DNA of 64,000 nt from Schmidtea polychroa (Eukaryota): NCBI GenBank assembly GCA_044892525.1, contig CM097885.1, positions 48,982,001-49,046,000 of the forward strand, given 5' to 3'. The notes beneath the pieces are model-generated. The model was not told the origin of the DNA. It saw only the letters and a program-made list of their open reading frames with translations, and ran no database searches. The position numbers and the translations under genes were made by a program. Positions 36,601 to 42,600 of the stretch are shown here, in pieces (position 1 is the stretch's first letter; every line of letters starts with the position of its first letter).

Positions 36601-39600
36601 TTTGTAAAAAAATTGGTTTTTAATCGCGACACAATCATCATTCGTAAACAAAACAAAAACTCGGTTCAAAAGCAAATTTAATTTCGTCCGCGGTTAACAA
36701 TTTTTTCTGAATTTCATATAATTGTTACATTTTATAAATAAATTAATAATAAATATTTTGTTTATAATATATCAAACAATATGTTTACGTCAAAAAATTA
36801 AAATTTATATTTTGAAACTGATAATTTGCTTTAAATGGAAATATCCGTGTATTTCAATGGAAATTTGTGTTTTGGTTGCGTTGTTTTCCTCGTCCCATTT
36901 AATCACCAAACCGATGTAATGGTGTTCCTTTGAATTTTTTCCCTAATTTTTGCCTGATTAAATATTTAATTATTATAATATAATTTGTTATCTATTAGTA
37001 TTAAAATTTGTGATTTAAAAAGATTTCCCTAATTAAAATTGATTTTTTTTCGTTTTAGGATTATACTTCTTAAAGAAGAAAATATATCTATATATTTTTA
37101 CGTAAAAAAATTAAAATTTTTGTTTTGAAACCGATAATTTTCTTTTCCGTGTATTTAAATGGAAAATTGTGTTTTGTTTGTGTTGTTTTTCTGGTTTTAA
37201 TTTAACACCCAAACCGAGGTAATGGTGTTCCTTTGAAATTTTTCCCTACTTTTTGACTGATTAAATATTTCATAATTATTTTTACATTATAATATCATTT
37301 GTAATCTATTTTACATTAAAAAATTATGATTTAAAAAGATTTCCCTAATTAAAATTGATTTTTTTTTCGTTTTAGGATTGCACTTCTTGAAGAAGAAAGT
37401 ATGTAATATTTTTATCTAAAAATTGATTTACTAAAAATAATTTTTATTTAAAATAAACTTTAAAATAACTTGTCGTGTGCAGAATGTAATTTAAAAATAC
37501 TCGAAACATATCAAGTGAAGAACAATAGAACGAAAAGAAGAACCAATCCAAATTTGTCAGTACGTAAGCGAATACTCCTGTCACTTTTTTATTTGAAACA
37601 AATTAATCTCATAATTTCTAAAAATTTGTTTCTATTCGTAGATTCGTGAAAAAACGAAGGTCCCAATTTTTTGGACCACAAATATGATAGTTTTTTGCTT
37701 TATAGGCTCCCTGGGCATATCAAATGGCTTTGAAAGCATATAATTTGTCAGTCGTTCGTCTAATGTTTCTGGCCTCTATGTCAGTGCAAGCTTTTATGTC
37801 TTTCATCATTTAATTATCAATTAGAAGTCGAAATGCACTACTAACATTATCAAGAATAATGTTTCGCTTCGCATAACCAGTTTGACTCGAAGAGTCTGTG
37901 AATATGGTATGTGATGACAATCTACCAATAAAACCATTCCTTAATTTCCCCATTTAATACCATCGGCAGTTCTGCTCTTGTGTTGTCTTTTCGGTTTCGT
38001 TATTCAATTCAGTATCTAAGCATATTCGCCATCGCTTTCTGCATTTGTGGGTCTTGCGAGGAATTTCACTTTCAATTTTATCTTCAGCTTTTTCGGTCTG
38101 AAAAATCAGTTTTATTTTCAAAGCAAGATATGCCTGAATCATTATTACTTGAACTAGTGTCCGGACAGTCTTTATTTATACTGGTGAGTTCTTTGAAAAG
38201 TTTGAATAATAGTTTGCTTCCTGTAAACCTAGGACAAATCCAAATTACGAAAAATAAATTTTAATTCTTTTAATATTGATATTCATCATTTCATTGATGG
38301 TCCATAGGTTATTATAAACTTTGAAATTGATATGGTTGTCATCGGTTTAGGTCATAATGATTATACAAAGTTAGATGGATCTTTACAATTAGTCAAAATC
38401 GTACTAAAAATACATAACTTATATTAATATTTTTAATGCCATAAATTTGGTGGTCTTTGTTTGGTAGTTCTAGTATTAAATATTCACTTTAAACACCAGA
38501 TCATTCATTTTACTGAGCAAAGAATTTTATGTGCAAAAGTAATTTTAAGTCGCTATTTCGTTATCACGCGAATTTTAGAAGATACCACATTTAAGTTTAA
38601 GATAAGTGTATTTATCAAAAAAACCATAAAATATATGATCCCTCATATAGATTTTTTTTAGATAAAAAGTTAAATATTCGTTGTGAAAACGTGGAATCTG
38701 AATGTACAAGTATGTCATTATATTATTATTATTACTTATGAAAACTTTAATGAATTTTATAAACCATCTGAAAATTGTAGTAATATAAAATAACAATTGT
38801 TTATTTGGAGATTCGGTATATTATTTAATGAAGAATATATTTGGAAATGTGGAGGACTAACTTTTATTACATAGAAAAAAACGATACAAGGGGACCTTGT
38901 TTAGTGCGAATGCTTCATTTAATAAGGCAGTGAGTTAATAGAAATGGCGTTATAAAACCTTATTTACTCTGAAATTTTGGTTTCCACTTATTCAAAAATC
39001 GAATTTTTATTAAGAATATTATTTCCCATAATTTCTTTTCGTTGTAAATTTATATTATATATATTTCGATAGTTTTCCTGTCATCATCAGGTAGGATATG
39101 ATAACTGTATAAATTAAAGATTTTTAAACAGAATTTATTAATTATATAAAAAATATTTAATAATAAAAACATTTCATTCTTTTAAAAATCATAATTAAAA
39201 TAATATATTTTTTTTAAATTTTAGCATATTGAATTTAGTTTATTAATTATTTAATTTAATAAACAACAATCAATACATACTATACACAAAAAAATTATTT
39301 AAAAACATTTAAAACACAAGTAATCACTGCATTCTGCGCATTAATTTACGGATTCATTGACTTTATCAACAACGCCTCACAAATTACACATTTCCAATAA
39401 TTATCGAAATTTTTTAATAAAATTTTAAAATCAGATACCTATTTTATTCTTACAGCCCTTATTGTGCTGACTATTATTGGTCAATGCTCTCGAGCGCGAA
39501 TACAGAGATTACAGGAAGTATCTCCAATGTATATGGCATTAAACCCATTACATATAAACTGATAAACCAAATCATAACACAATTCAACCGGGGTTTTAGA

Positions 39601-42600
39601 CTTATTAATAAACATATTGCGTATTTTCCATGAAGTTGACACAATCCTATAGTTTAAATTCCCTAACTGCTTTCTTATCTTCACTTTATAATCCTTAAAA
39701 CCTTCTGATTTAATTTATCCTACCTGATATAATACAATGATGACAGGAAAGCTGTCGAAATATGTCGTTAAAAGAATGTTTGATTGGCGCTTTCTTATAA
39801 TTAAATCATTGTCTAAATTAATTTAATTTGATATTTATTTAAAATATTGCAAGTGCAAAGATTATTATATAAAACCAGTGTTAGAAGAGGTTCATATATT
39901 TTTTTTTTCACAACCAACTTAAAAAGAATATGTGATTTTAAAAATAGTAAAAATGACCAATTATCAAAACAAATAAAGACCCAATTTTTGATTTTTAGAA
40001 GCATATTTGTTAAAAACTCAAAAAAAATCAAAAACCACAAGAATATATACTTTGTGGAAATAAAGCATGCAAATAAGATGTTCAGAATAGTTCAGAATAC
40101 CACATTTACCAGCAATCTAAATTGGCAAAAAAATACATGATCCAAAATTTATTTATAAATGCATTTGAATACAGCCTTTTCCAAACATATAAGACCACCA
40201 TATTGATCTGTTTTCATCTTGGTGATTTTTAAATTTTTCAGAAAAACAGACAGCGTTAAGCGCAATGAGGAATAAATTGCAGACTACTCGTGTAACGGAA
40301 GAAGATATTGAAAAATTACAAAAGATGCCACGGGAATTAGCTTCAAAAGAAAGTGATATTCAGAAGCTGAACCAGGAACTTAATGAATTGAAACAAAATC
40401 TAGAGTATGTATTAATTTCTTCTCTGAGGACAATAAATTCTTAGATAAGATTACTTTTTTTATTGAATCTACTTGAACAAATCAAATCTAATTAAACTAA
40501 AAGTCACTATTTTATTTACATCGACTATCAATTGCTTGACTCCAAGTATATAAGCCAACAAAGTATGCTCTCGAGTTTGACATTGTTTGAAATTCCAGCT
40601 TTAGATTCATCAATAATCATCTGACACTTTTCTTTTCCATAAAGGGCTTTTGCATTCACCGGCTGCTTAGCAAGCACCGTATTGCAACATTTGATTGCAG
40701 CTGATCCCAGGTTTAATTTCAAATCACAATGAGCCATATTCAAATATAATTTAATAACATGACCCCATCGAATATTCTCCTCGTCATCAGTCTTTAACGG
40801 CATAGCATATAATATATTCAATCCTCGTAAATATCCTTTGAGCGAAATTCCATAACGTTTGTTTCGAACAGCAGCATTGACATCATTTCGACATTGAACA
40901 ACTAATTTTTATAATTTCACAGAAAAGCAATTCGGATCTTTCATCAACAGATTTTTTGGTAAATCAGATATATACTTTTTTTCAGCATTCGATCTTTTTT
41001 ATCTTCATCATTAAATTCAAAATAAACCTCCGTTGACATCTTTTCCAAGTATTCAAAAAAAACATTGAAAAAGAAAACTACAAAATTCCAAATCAATTTC
41101 GAAACCAATTATAATAAATTCTAAATAATTCCAAAATAGTACAAAAATTGGTCCGAAATTGATCGAAACACTACTTTTAATCTGTTTTTTATAAATTTAT
41201 ATATTTTTGGAGGTGTTTTTTTTAGATTCTGAGAGTTATTTACAAGTATTTCACTCTAAATTCGAAAGAAGCTCTAGTGTAATGAGATGATTTACTAATT
41301 TTTTCTCGAACAAAAGAACATTTAAAATGAATAATTAACGTATATGAAAGAACGAAAGGAGGTTAAAATAAGGCAAAAAATAATAAATGTCATTTTCGAA
41401 GAGAAGAAACAAAATTCCTAGGATATATCATAAATAATTAAGGCATTTGAACCGATGAAAATAAAATAAAGGTAATAAAGGAAATTTAAGACTCAAATGG
41501 ATAAAAAATCTACGAAGGTTTCTAGGTTTGATAAACTTCTATCGACGTTTCATTAAAAATTATACAGAACACGCAAAGCCGTTGGAAATACTTTGTGGAA
41601 GTAATAGTAATAAATCAATATGGACTTATATGGACTTTAAGAGTTTTGAAGAAAAATGTACAAAAAAAGAATATACATTGATTTTCATTGGATATGGACA
41701 CAAGTTTCGATCGGATTGGACCTGTATTATCCCAATGAAACGAAAATGGTAATGAAAACATAATTGCATATGGTTCTTAATACAATGAATGCACATGAAT
41801 TGGAATACTGACTTAAGCGGACGAAATTACTTGCCATTTATTTTTTACACTGCATTTAGGTAGGGTTTAGTCCAATCGAGATTCTGTATGGTAAAAAAAA
41901 TTATGTCGAGAATGGAATGTCACTCGGAGTAAAAATATGAATCCTAATGAATACATGAAATTACAAGTAAAAACAAATCAAAAGATAAGAAATCGAAAAT
42001 ACTGGAAATAAAATTAATTACAAAAATAAAGTAATAAAGAATTTGCAATCGGATATATTTTGTTTAAAAAGAAGACTGATATGATTGGTCAGGGACATTT
42101 ATAAGTAAGAGACATGATAGACGCTACGTCATCAAAATGAATAATGAAAGGTAAAATTAAAACTATGGAATGAAGTGAGATAAAAACTTAACAATGAATT
42201 TATTAAAGTTTGAAAATACAAAATAAAGAAATTAATAAATTAAAAACATAGCCTAATGATGGGACGAAATAAAATTTAAAAATGGGTCGTCCGCAGGATA
42301 TATTTACAAATAATTAAAATTAATTATTTAATGGAAAACCCGAGTGATCAACAAAATTAATCAATAAAGTCGCGTCAAATTAGGTGATGACAAAATTCCG
42401 AGGTAAAAAGGAAACCTGGCTGTAAATTAAATTCTAGCAAAATTACCATGAAGTAAATAAATTATCCGAAGGTTTGAAAGCTTCAAATTGAAGATAAATT
42501 AGGTTAGCGTGTGAGGCCCGGAGAAAGATATGTCCAAAAATGACAAAATCAATTTCGAGTGGAGGGAATTTAGATTAATAATTTTAAAATTAAATTTTAT

